Position numbers and translations under genes: made by a program
The notes under the pieces: generated by a model
The model's input: only the letters and a program-made list of their open reading frames with translations
The model's database searches: none
Told to the model about the DNA's origin: nothing
In this document: piece after piece, positions 36,750 through 48,428 of the stretch
Layout: each line of letters opens with the position of its first letter
How positions within the stretch are numbered: the first letter of the stretch is position 1
DNA from: Plasmodiophora brassicae
Taxonomy: Eukaryota
NCBI GenBank assembly: GCA_036867785.1
Contig: CP145409.1
Coordinates: 1,302,001-1,366,000, forward strand
Length of the DNA: 64,000 nt
Reading direction: 5' to 3'

Positions 36750-36831
36750 GCACGCGGACAGCGTCGCGCAACTCGGGCAGCACACAGCACGCGGACAGCG
36801 TCGCGCAACTCGGGCATCACACAGCACGCGG
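36750..36831. repeat. 37-bp tandem repeat x2.2 in the divergent desaturase/MetRS intergenic region
   Basis: gcacgcggacagcgtcgcgcaactcgggca(g/t)cacaca x2 plus a partial gcacgcgg. Confidence 0.9.
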
Positions 36832-36871
36832 CGTTCTCGGGAAAACGGGTTTGCCACCGTACGGCCAACTC

Positions 36872-36878
36872 TATAAAT
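36872..36878 (+). promoter_or_regulatory. TATA-like box upstream of MetRS
   Basis: tataaat about 100 nt before the ATG at 36973, in otherwise GC-rich DNA. Confidence 0.3.
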
Positions 36879-36972
36879 GGAACGGTCTGGCAGGGATCGG
36901 AAAAAATCGATCCCTCGGTCCGCCTCGGACTGTTTGATGATGCAGCAGCTCGGCGGCGTCAGATCAGCAGAC

Positions 36973-39520
36973 ATGGCTCCGTCCGCCAGCGTCGGCGAAG
37001 CGCAGCGGCGGCCGGTCCTGCCCAAGGACGGTGCGCGCAACATCCTGATCACGTCGGCGCTTCCGTACGTCAACAACGTGCCGCACCTGGGCAACATTAT
37101 TGGCTGCGTGCTGAGCGCCGATGTGTACGCGCGGTTCTGCCGGCTTCGCGGGCATAACGCCATCTACGTGTGCGGGACGGATGAGTACGGGACCGCGACG
37201 GAGCAGAAGGCGATCCAGGAGGGACTGACGCCTAGGGAGATCTGCGACAAATTCCATGCCATTCATGCTCAGGTCTATGAATGGTTCGGCATCTCGTTCG
37301 ATATTTTCGGACGGACGTCGACGCCGCTTCAGACTGAGATCGTCCAGCGAATCTTCAAGGAATGCGAAACAAACGGCATTGTTCACGAGGATACAGTCGA
37401 ACAGCTGTTCTGCACGAAATGCGATATGTTCCTCGCTGATCGCTACGTTCGAGGTGCGCTCGCTTGTCGCCTGGCCATTTATGATTGGGATGCTCACGGT
37501 GGTGTGTAGGAACTTGCCCTGACTGTGGTCACGTTGGCGCGCATGGTGACCAGTGCGATAAGTGTGGGCACCTGATGACGGCGACTCTCTTGAAAGACCC
37601 GTACTGCGCCAGCGACAAATCGACGCCAGTCATTCGCAAGACGGAGCATCTGTTCCTGGACCTTCCGTTGATGAGCGAGCGGCTGGAGAAGTGGATTGAT
37701 CAGCGCTCGGAGAAGGGGTTCTGGTCGCAGAACTCCATACAAGTGACGAAGGCGTGGATTGCAACGGGTCTGAAGTCCAGATCCATAACGCGCGATCTGA
37801 AATGGGGGGTTCCTGTTCCAAAAGACGGGTTCCGTGACAAAGTGTTCTACGTGTGGTTCGATGTCAGTTCAGTTCGTTGATTTGTGAGATGTATCTCGGT
37901 CCTGATATGTTTGCTGATGAATAGGCCCCAATTGGGTACATGTCCATCACTGCTGCATATACCCCAGAATGGGAGCGCTGGTGGAGGAACCCGGAACAAG
38001 TGGAACTGGTCCAGTTCATGGGGAAGGACAACATTCCTTTCCACACTGTCATCTGGCCATCCGTTCTTCTCGGGGCCGACCAAGGGTACACGATGCTTCA
38101 CCATATCAACACCACTGAGTACCTTCAGTATGAGAGCGGAAAATTCTCAAAGTCGATGGGAGTCGGTGTTTTCGGTGACAGCGTCCAACTGACCGGCGTC
38201 TCGCCGTCGGTATGGCGATACTATCTTCTCGTCAACCGGCCCGAAACGAACGACACCGTGTTCACTTGGGACGATTTTATGCAGAAGAACAATGGTGAAC
38301 TGCTGAAGAACGTGGGCAACTTCGTGAACCGCGCTCTGGTCTTTATCAAGAACAACTTCAGTTCCGTTGTCCCTGAGTGTACGTTGACCCCCGACGATGA
38401 ATCGTTCATTAAGGATATGAACGAACACGCAAAGACGTACGTTGCTCTCCTGGAGAAGGTATGGCTGGTGCTGGGAATAGCCGGCAATTTCTGATTCCTC
38501 GTTAGGTCGAGATCAAGGACGGGCTGAAGCAAGCGATGCAGGCCTCGCACAGATGCAACTTGTATTTGCAAGACAACGCTCCTTGGCATCTAATCAAAGA
38601 TGGTATGCAGATTCGTAACTTACGCAATCATGTTTGCAATTACTCACAAATCTACAGACAAAGCGCGCGCCGGTTCCGTTATCAACGTTTCTGTGAACGC
38701 GGTTGTCCTTCTTGCGACGATGCTCGAACCGTACATGCCCGAGCTTGTTGACAGGTCGGTTCAATGATTGCACCCTATTGGCGTATCTCTTACCAGGGCA
38801 GCAGAATTTTCAAGCAGCTGAACACCGACCGATCGGTCCTGTCTTTGAAGGGTGATGGGCCGTACTTCCGGCATTCCATTCGCTCGGGCCATGTTATCGG
38901 AGAACCGCAAGTGCTGTTTACGAAGATATCCGAGGAACAGATCACGACCTGGCGGCGCCTTTACGCGGGACAGCAACCGGTCGTCGAGGATTTCCCACTC
39001 AACCTCGTCACTGGTGTCATTCGCAGTGTCTCCGAGTACGCTATGACGCGTGTCTCATATTGTTACTCTACTCATACCGGTCCTCTGTAGGCACGAGACG
39101 GCCGAGCACCTCTTTGTGCTGCAAGTCGACATTGGGTCTGAGACGCGACAGATCGTTTCGGGATTGCGAGCCCACTACTCCTCCAATGAACTGCTGAACA
39201 AGAAGGTCGTCGTTCTGACGAACCTGAAGGCGAGCAACTTCCGTGGTGTTCGAAGCGCGGGCATGCTGCTTTGTGGCGTCAAACCGGACGGCAGCCTGGG
39301 CCTGCTTTTGTCCCCCGGCAACGCTGGTGATCGCGTCGGCCCGAAAGGTTACAACTCGCTGACATCATCGATTGAGAAGAAGCACTTCTCGAAGGTCTCC
39401 CCTCATCTTCGCGTGGGCGACGACTCCTTGGCGTACTTCCACGAAACGCCTATCGTCGTTGCCGACACCGGCAACCAGGTCGTTATTGATCGCATCCAAG
39501 GCCCTGCACAGATCAGCTGA
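36973..39520 (+). CDS. MARS: Cytosolic methionyl-tRNA synthetase with C-terminal EMAPII-like tRNA-binding domain
   Basis: [26 protein letters not shown], Zn knuckles, QFMGKDN, KFSKS, and RQIVSGL...[15 protein letters not shown]. Confidence 0.96.
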
Positions 39521-39616
39521 TCGATTTACCGCTATCGCCGCTCTCACTCGATCTACAATGTAAAATTGTTCAAGGATGTCCTGGTCGTGCGTATCCATAT
39601 TCACAAAACGATAGCT

Positions 39617-42600
39617 TTATTCTAGATCGGTAGGCACAGTAGTCCCTGGAGCGTGCAACGCCACAAGTCAGACCATGGGGGTCAGCCACGAACAACAGGG
39701 TAGTGTGCGTACCTTGGCTTCCAGATTGTGCTTAAACGTGGTCGGCATGAGTTGTTTCGGTTGGAAGAGCCTCTTGAACTCGGACACGTCGACCTTCGTC
39801 CAGATATCGTGCAATTTCTCCTCGCCGCCATGCTTGGCTTTGATCCTTGCCAGCGCGTCCAGGGCGATCATGCCCAGCGCCTGCGTCGTCGTCGTATTCC
39901 GCAGCATGGCAACCACATCAGCGAATGGTAGACTTCCATCGCCGACCAAATCGCCAAGGACATTCGCCAGGTACAGCGGGGCCCTGGGGATATCGATCGC
40001 GATATCGTCAAACTCTTCCAGGAGTGCCGATATGGCAGCCAGCATATCGGACGCAGGGATGATCTCCTTGTCGAGCAGCACGGCCAGGAACGTCCTCAGC
40101 TGCTCCCGGTTGCTGTCCTTCATATCAAACGCGATCGCGATCGCTGTTCGCACGACGAGTCGGTTCCCTGCCGGCCCGATCTCGCGTACGCACAGCAACG
40201 CCTCGTCCACGTCATCGCAGGAATAGTACTCGCGTACAAGCGCATCGACCTTCCTCGATACTTCGTCGTCAACCTCATTGTCTGCGTCGTTCGCCTCCGT
40301 TGTCTCTGGCTCCTCCTATATAGAGGTGCCCATAGTTAACGACAACGGCGTGCTGACAGTGACATTCCTGTACCTGTTCCGGTGCCTCGGCCTCGGGTTC
40401 GTCATCGTGTTCATCGCCGTCGTCCTGACCCCGCATGTCATGCGGGATGCTTCCCCAGCTGAATGATGGTCGCTGATTCGTCTGTTTCGGCGCCCAGGGT
40501 GCAGGTTTCGAAGGTGGCCGCAGGATGGCAGGACGCATGGCGGGCGGTGGACCGGCGAATCGCTTTGTGGGTTGGCGAGCGGACGACCACGGTGACGTCG
40601 ACTTGTCGTTCTGCTTGCGGACGTCATCGAGCATCTTCGGGTCGACGACCTTCTCCCGTCGCAGTCGCCATCGGTTTCTTCGCAGGTCGATCAGGTCCAT
40701 CAGCATGAACCGGAGCCGGGGCAGCAGCGACTTTGATTTGCTCATCGACGTGATGCGGCCAAAGTACTCGTCCATCTTCGCGGGCGACTGCTTGTCGACG
40801 AAGCTGCCCACCGTCTGAATAAACGGAATCAGGCTTTCAACGTCGTCGACACTGCGGCGACACATGGTCATGTTCGTGACGATTCGCGAAGCGCTCCCAC
40901 AGGACTAACCTTTGCGACGCTTCCCAGTTCGTCAGCAGCATTTCGATGCTGACATGAACGACGTGTTCCGCTAGCAATCCGTGCTTAAAGAGCTCGCCCA
41001 TTAGAATGACGTTTCCGGTCTGCCTTGATTTGATCTTCTGCTGCTCTTCGGACAGCTCTGGTTCTTGCAATGATTCTGCTAGCGAGTTAGGGCAAGGTCG
41101 ACAATTGATGCAACCATGTCGAGTGGAACCTAAGTGGGTTCGATCCGGGCCCTGCGTCAGGAGGTGATAGCACCGGGTGATGATCGTTGATCGTACGTCG
41201 ATCTGCTGCCCATCTTCGTTCCTGAACGTGGGCAACTTCGCGGACAGGCGCGCGATGAACTGGGCGTACATGGACGCGAAACTGGCCTCGTCGATCGCCT
41301 TCTCGAACATCTTGGCGCACAAGCGCTCGAGCGTCTCCGCACCGGTCACCGTGATCGTCGCCGCCTGATCCGACAGCTTCATGAACGTTTCCGGCGTCAG
41401 CTTGTTCAGGATGACGAGGATCGCCGACTCGGCCTGTTCGCATTCGTCACGCGACGACTTATCCATTTTCCATTTGTTGTCGCTCTGGTGCAGCCCGCCG
41501 TGTTTCGGCTTATTCTGCACGGCATCGCACACACCCTAAGGATCCCGAGTTCCACGTTATGCGAACGTTCCTTCACCTCGTCATAGCGCCCGCCTTTGGC
41601 CCTGGGCGGTTGCGACCGGTCCCTCCAGTCACGGGTATCGCCACGTCTCTGTCGCGGCTGCTGCGACTGTTCGCGTCGTCGCTGAGGCGCATTTGTTCCC
41701 GATTCATTGTCGGCCCCTCTGGACGATGTCGAGCGATCGGCCCGGGCAGCCGCTGCGGCAAGGACCAAGGCGTTACGGCTCTTGGAAACGTCGACGCCGT
41801 CATCGATGTCGACCTCTTTGGGGACATGGCGCCTGACCAGGCTTCGGTTGCGACTCAGTTGGACTTGGGGTCCACCGCGCGGCGACCCTCTCCAGGACGA
41901 TCGCATCGGTGACTTAACATGGTCGGTTGCGATCGAACTTCGCCTTGACTGTTGCTCCATCAGCTCATCGTAGTGCGGGTTGCCCTGGACGGGGATGCCT
42001 TCGACGCCGACGAGCTCGGCAGGCGGCGTTGTGAACTTGTCGCGGTACGACAGCAGCTGCTCAATGGTGAACACGGTCGGTGTCGGTATCAGCATGTCCA
42101 TCGACATGGAACACGGCGATGATGCCAGCTCGATGTCGTTCAGCGACCGGGATTCACAGAACGTCGAGACGGGCGACGCGGATCGTGCCGGAGACGGCGA
42201 TCGCGCTCGAGAAGGCGATCGAGATCGCGATGGCGATCGAGATTGAGAAGGCGAGCGTGATTGCGAAGGCGACTGTCGAGCACTTCCCAGCACCGTCGTG
42301 ATGGGCGGTGCTGGGGCCGACAGTGTCGCATCAGGAGGTGCCACGGGCGCTGCTCCACTGCGTGCTGCATGGCCACCTCGCTGGCTGGCGTGCGCATAGA
42401 CCTGAGCTGCATTTGCGGCACTGTGGACTGCATGCGCGCCTGCCGGAGCTGCATAGCCATACGAAGGTGCGGCTGCCGCAGTGCTGGGGCTCGCGTAGGC
42501 GGGACCTGCAGAGGCGCCGGCGGCAGCCGCGTATACACCATTGGAGGCCGCCCGGTATGCATGCACCGCCGGCGACACATTCGCGCTTGTGGATGCCGCA

Positions 42601-42767
42601 ATCGCATCAGCGTGTTGAGGATTTGCGCCAGTGGGGGTCGCGTTCGCCGTGCGAGAGTTGGCCGGCGCATCGGGGCGACCTGTCGCCGGGTCGGGCGCAC
42701 CCAGCGGCGGGAATTCCGTAATGGCGGGCTGCCATCTGAACTCGGTGGCGTTCGGATTAAGTTTCAT
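39617..42767 (-). CDS. EIF4G: eIF4G-like translation initiation factor (MIF4G + MA3)
   Basis: ILNKLTPETF, FEKAIDEASFASMYA, GELFK, RLRFMLMDLIDLRRNRW and the MA3 segment DIAIDIPRAP; eIF4E-binding-like FTIEQLL. Confidence 0.88.
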
Positions 42768-44020
42768 CGAGCGATCAAATCGCCATGAACGACCGGGATC
42801 AACAGGTGGCTGGGCGCACTGAACGGGGGAGCCTATCCGAACCACGACGTTCAGGCCGCGCGCGATTCACGACGCCCCAATGAATGTACCGCGATGCGAT
42901 CGAATCGGGGCACGCGACTGGCGCAGCACAATATCTCCGCCGTTGGATCCCGCTATGTACTTCTATACCGACTTGCATCCTTATAGAAACAGGCAGTACG
43001 TGGAAGCATTGCGAGGTGGATACGTTCGCCGTGCACAGTAGTGGCCTGAGCGTGACGGTGCGCAATGTGCCCCGCCGATGCTGCGGCTACAGGGCACTTA
43101 TTCGAGACAAGGTGTCAACGGTATCGTACGCGTGCACATATGAACACCACCTCAAAAGCAGCTCATGTTTGCTTAGCGACTCTGTACACTGATTCCGTAC
43201 CGCTGACTCGCCTATGAGTCTATGACTGCATGGAGTGAAACTCATCCAGTAACTCGTCCCGTTGTGGTGGAACCTGTCGCCGTACACAAGCTTGAGTGGC
43301 AGTATTTCGTCATGCCACGTGCCGTCCGAAGATCGGCATGCCCCGTCAGCACGTCGCGTCGACCGCGATCGTGCTGATTATACTGCTCGCGGTATCCCGG
43401 GTCAAATGCAGACCGTCAAGATCGACATCAACCAGATCGTCATATTGTACAGAAAGGTCGTGACCGAATGCCCGATGGCCACTCGTACACTTTACGTTCT
43501 GGAACCCGGGCTAGATACAACCGGAAGGCGACGTCCTCGTCAAATTGGCGACCTGCCAGTGGATCAACCTGATCATACTTCCATCGCGAGAGCTGTGGCC
43601 GTCGACAAGTTCTGTCCATTGATTAACTGTCTGGTCACAACCGCCAGCCTGCCCGGTAATGCAGAGAACCGATTTATAGCGCTAATGGCGCTTAAACTTT
43701 GCGCCCGGCAAATACAGCGCTCTGCCATGGCGGGTCGAAGTACCTGAAGCGTCCGATCCACCTCACTGCACAGCAGCTTAGGCTCACTGAGTGCTACTGT
43801 GTAGGACACCCTCTTGAGGGGGTATCCTACACAACGCGGGCTACATTTGCTACTATAGCACTATGCCAGCAAGCCAGCATGCCCCGCCGTCACAGAATGA
43901 CATGTCTACCGCCTAGTATACCGAACCTCGGACTGACCCGGGCAAGCAGTCATAACCCAAGGTCTTCCTGGAGTCGAGTTAGCGCCTGCTGCGTCATATC
44001 CTTGACGACGGCCACCCACG

Positions 44021-47000
44021 ATGTCATCGTTGCCGAGGTACCGTCCGATGGACGGGTACAACGTCAACCCAGATCATCCGACATGGGGGACGCTGCGGCA
44101 ACCGCTCGAGTACATCTCGACACCGGAGGCATATGCCGACAATGTGTCGTCTACGGCCGGCCCACACCGGAACAGCGCCCGATACATTTCGGACGTCCTG
44201 TTCACATCGCAGTTCAAATTCAACGTCATCAGCGGCGCAAGCGGCTGGTTCCCGTATTACGGCCAGTTCCTGGCGCACGACATGATCCTGCAAGCATCGT
44301 CCAACGTGACGTTCCACATTCCCGTTCCACGGTGTGATATGGGATACGGGTTCGACCCCAACTGCACGGGCACAGCCACGATCCCGTTCACGCGCGAGGG
44401 CGGATCAGTTACATCCCGCGGGTACTTCCAGGGACAGAACCTTGCGACGTCGTGGCTTGACCTGAACCTGGTCTATGGCCTCGGCGACAACCGCACGTCG
44501 TACCTTCGAACGTTCAGTGACGGGAAGATGAAGACATCACAGGGCCCACGCGGCGAGCTGCTGCCGTTCAACCTCCCGCTGTTCGACAACGCGGGCCCGA
44601 TGACGCCGAACATGTTCCTGGCTGGAGACCCGCGCTGTAACATCAACCTGCCGCTGCTGGCGCTCCACACGCTGTTCGTCCTGGAGCACAACAAGTGGGC
44701 GACCACGTTCAAACAACGCAACCCGACGTGGGACGACGAGACCCTGTTCCAGGAGGCGCGGCGCTTCACCATCGCGATCCACCAGAAGATCGCCTATTAT
44801 GAGGTGGACTCTATCGCGTGCAGCCCCGCAGTTTGGTTTTGCGAGCGCGACTGACTGGGTGCCCCGCTCGACGAACAGTACCTGCCGAAGCTGCTGGCGC
44901 ACGGGCTTGAACCATACACGGCCTTCAACCCGAACCTGTCGCCCGCCATCGACGTCGCCTTCATGACGGCGGCGTTCCGGTACGGGCACAGCTCGACGAA
45001 CCAGCAGGTGTACCGCATGCAGGAATCGCGGGTCCCGGTCGCCGACGGGCCGCTCAACGTCGCCGACACGATCCTGAACCCGCAGGAGTACCGCGTCAAC
45101 GGCATGGACGACGTCCTGCGAGGGCTTATCCTGGAACCAGAGGCCGACGCCGACGACAACATGGTGGAAGGCATGCGGACGGTCCGTTCCCTGGCACCTC
45201 GCGTGTGCTGTCGCGCGCAGACATGAACGTCCCTGCCTCTGCTTAGCACCCGATCCTGGGCGATATGGCGGCTGTTGACATCCAGCGTGGTCGGGATCGC
45301 GGCGTGCCCGACTATAACACGGTGCGGCAAGCGCTCGGGATGCCCAGGGCCCGCAACTGGTCGGACGTCACCAGCAATCCCGAGTACCAACGGCGCCTGG
45401 CCATCGCCTACAACAGCGTCGACGACCTGGACCTGTACGTCGGCGGGCTCTCCGAGGACAAGGTCGGCACGGGGATCATCGGGCCGACGTTCAACGCGCT
45501 CGTCACGGCCCAGTTCCTTCGGACGAGGGATGCCGACCCGTACTTCTTCATGCGACCCGGCCTGTTCTCCACCGACGAACTGAACAAGATCCAGAACCGG
45601 TCCCTGTCGAGTATGATCCTTGACTTCACCCAGGTAGGCGAAGAACGGCGACGGGTTCATATCGCACCGCCTGACATGTTGCCGGGCACAGGTGAAGTGG
45701 ATGCCGTCGGACGTGTTCGCGCTGGAACAGATCCCGACGGCTAGTTCGGCATCGTCAACGTCAGTGGCGACTGGGTTCACGGGCATCTTCTCGCCCCTGC
45801 CAGGGTACACGGTCAGCTGGGCGATCACCAGCGACTGCGTCTGGACGGTCCAGATCGTCAGCACTCGGGGCGGGTGGGCCGGCATCGGATTCGGCACCCA
45901 GATGGCGGGCAGCGACGTCATCCTGTGCTACATGAACGGCGGCGCCATGACCTGCGTCGACTCCATGGTGGTCGGCCAGTTCGAGACGGCACCGACGTCT
46001 GACGATGAAATCGGCCACACGAACGATGTCCTGCCCGGGACAGTCACCGGCCAGATCCTGGGCGGGGTCCTGACCGCTCAGTTCTCCCGGCGATGCAGCA
46101 CGGGCGACTCGATCGACCACGTCATTACGAGGGCGATGACGCCGATGATCTTTGCGCATGGGCCGACGCCACGACCCGCCCAGCACGGCCTGTTCGGCAG
46201 GGCGCTGGGCACTGTCAACCTGTTCACGAATCAGGCGGCTCTTAGCAACGAGGACGTTTTCCACCTGAGCACCACGTCGGCGGCGGCCTTCTCTTCCATC
46301 GGTTTCATCTTCCTCGCCCTGCAAGGTTCGTGCTCCGCGCTCTCGTTCGATGTCGACATGGCTGACCAGGATGCTAGCGCTGACGTTGCTGGCGATTGTT
46401 GGCTTCCGCAAGACACGTGCCGTGTTCTTCCAGGGCCCATCGCTGCTGATCACAATGCTGCTGGGGTCCATGATGATCAGCGGCACCCTGATCCTAACCA
46501 CTGTGGAGCAGTCTGCCTCGATCTGCGCCTGGCGTTTGTTCCTGTCCAGCATGGGGTTCTCCCTGATCTTCGCTACCCTACTAGGCAAGCTCTACCGGTA
46601 CAACAAGGTTGCCATCCAGGCTGAATGCTGCAATGCGTTCCACGACTGAGTGCTGATCGGCAATGCAGATTTTCTACAACAAGTCGGCGCTGACCGTGAA
46701 AGTCACCAACGTGCACATTGTATCGGGGACGCTAATCTTCCTGGCGGTCGACGCGATCCTGTGCGGGATCTGGATCGGCGTCTCGCCTATGAAGATCGCG
46801 TCAGAGGCGCCGAACACCTGCTCGGATTCCCTAACGGCAACGGGGATTTCCACGGTCCTGCTCATCGTCAAGGGCGTCATCCTGGTCGGTAGTGTATGGC
46901 TGTACCGGAACCTGCAGGCTCTGGAGGGGCGCACCGCATCGATGTTCAAGTCGGACATCAACATGACTGGGCAGATCAGCGCGCTCAGCCTGCTCTTCCT

Positions 47001-47563
47001 GGCCATCCTGCTGCTCGTCAACGAAGTGTCCACCAGCACCGTCTTCCAGCGGACGATCCTTCTCATCCAGTGCATTGCCGCGCTGTTCGTTTCAGGTGTG
47101 GAACAGTGGACCCGCCTTGTTCCCTGGAATGCTGCTCAACGTATCCAATGTTGCAGTGGTGCCGTACGTCTGGTACGCGTGCGTCAAGGTGGTGTTCCTG
47201 CTCGACGACAGGAAGGCGCGCAAGTCGAGTCACGTGTCGGAGGCGATCGCGAGCACGAACATGGCGGCGAAGGGGTACACCAGCACGAAGAAGACGAAAG
47301 GCGACACGAAGGTAGCCGGCGGCACATCTGTGCAACTGGGCGATAGCACGTCGGAGAGCGCCACGGCGGGCGATGCGGCGGACACGAAGGGCCTCCAGTC
47401 GGACGTCTCGAAGAACTTCCGGATCAAGCTGGACGAGGTGCAGAAGGCGCTCACCGAGTACAACATGTACGACCAGCTGGCGCAGAAGTCCAGCGCCAAA
47501 TTCAACAAGCTCAAGTCCGAGTTGCTGCAGATGGAGGCGGAAATGGATTTCAGGAACCAGTAG
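44021..47563 (+). CDS. Heme peroxidase-DOMON-class C 7TM GPCR-coiled-coil fusion, paralog A (7 exons)
   Basis: Peroxidase: YRPMDG, GQFLAHD, TSWLDLNLVYG, GDPRCN, WDDETLFQEARR, AAFRYGHS, DIQRGRDRG. DOMON: GWAGIGFGTQMAGSD...QHG. Seven hydrophobic segments including CAWRLFLSSMGFSLIFATLLGKLYRY. Inferred introns approximately 44804-44878, 45182-45246, 45634-45691, 46326-46377, 46608-46668 and 47097-47156. Confidence 0.85.
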
Positions 47564-47678
47564 AACCGAGCAAATTTCGTCCGCATTCTTCACGTCATCA
47601 TCGTCAGTACAACTAAACTCGTTTTGGACACGGAACCCAGCTGTCATGTCGGACGCGTTTGGAATTGGCTATAATAAA

Positions 47679-47905
47679 TAGTTCGAGAACAAGGAGATAA
47701 CACACCGCTGTTGGTGATGGACTGGAACGGTCCCGTGAGCGTGACGTATCGAGCGGTGTTCGGATTGGACCCAGTTGGCGTCGAGCCCTTGACGTCTGCG
47801 TATGCCTGTGGCCGACTCGCGATAAAGTCAAGCGGCTGTGTAGGTGGTTTCCCAGACCGGATGCTCGGCCGGGATTCGCGTTGTACCCGTCCATAGGCGA
47901 TACCT
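47679..47905 (-). pseudogene. Decayed 5' fragment of a third peroxidase-receptor paralog
   Basis: Minus strand reads, with frameshifts, PMDGYNANP..HPVWETT..QPLDFI..PQAYAD..NTARYV..PFQ..NSGV..SLFSNY, matching exon 1 of paralog B. Confidence 0.8.
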
Positions 47906-48428
47906 TGTCTTTGACTGCATCTTGGACGTCGGCGCCAGACACGTCTGTCAATATGCTATACGAATAATAGAGACCGGGCTGTGTTACGTCTGTGGCGCTT
48001 ACTTCTGTACCCCAACGATGAACGGGACATCAGGGGTATTTACTGTCTGACGCCGACTCTGGATTCGAGAAACGCAAAGGGCAGGTCACCCAAAGCAACT
48101 TCCCCATGGGTTCATGAACATAAACCTGGATGCAGGAGCGGGTAGGAGAAGGTGAAGCGCGTGGCAAAGACGGTAGATGATGGAAGTTATATAGCCGCAC
48201 CAGAACCGTAATCAAATCACAGCGGATAGCCAGACGCCACAGGCATCCAGTGGGACCTCTCGACAACGTTCCGAGACAGCTTTTACAGCGCTATCTAATT
48301 TCAAGGAGAGAAGCCGAAGTCCAATTTGCTTCGACTTGACAGGGGAACCATGGCTCAGCTTACAAACAGATTTATTGTTGCTGTTTCACCAGTCAGGTAT
48401 GGCCACTTTGAACAAAGCACAATGGAAC

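Noticed and set aside
36750-36831. 37-bp repeat as a CRISPR array
   Set aside because: Units are directly adjacent without spacers, the context is eukaryotic and there are no cas genes.
44021-47563. DUOX/NADPH oxidase or DOMON-cytochrome b561 assignment
   Set aside because: No EF-hands or FAD/NADPH domains and no paired TM histidines; the TM motifs match class C GPCRs instead.
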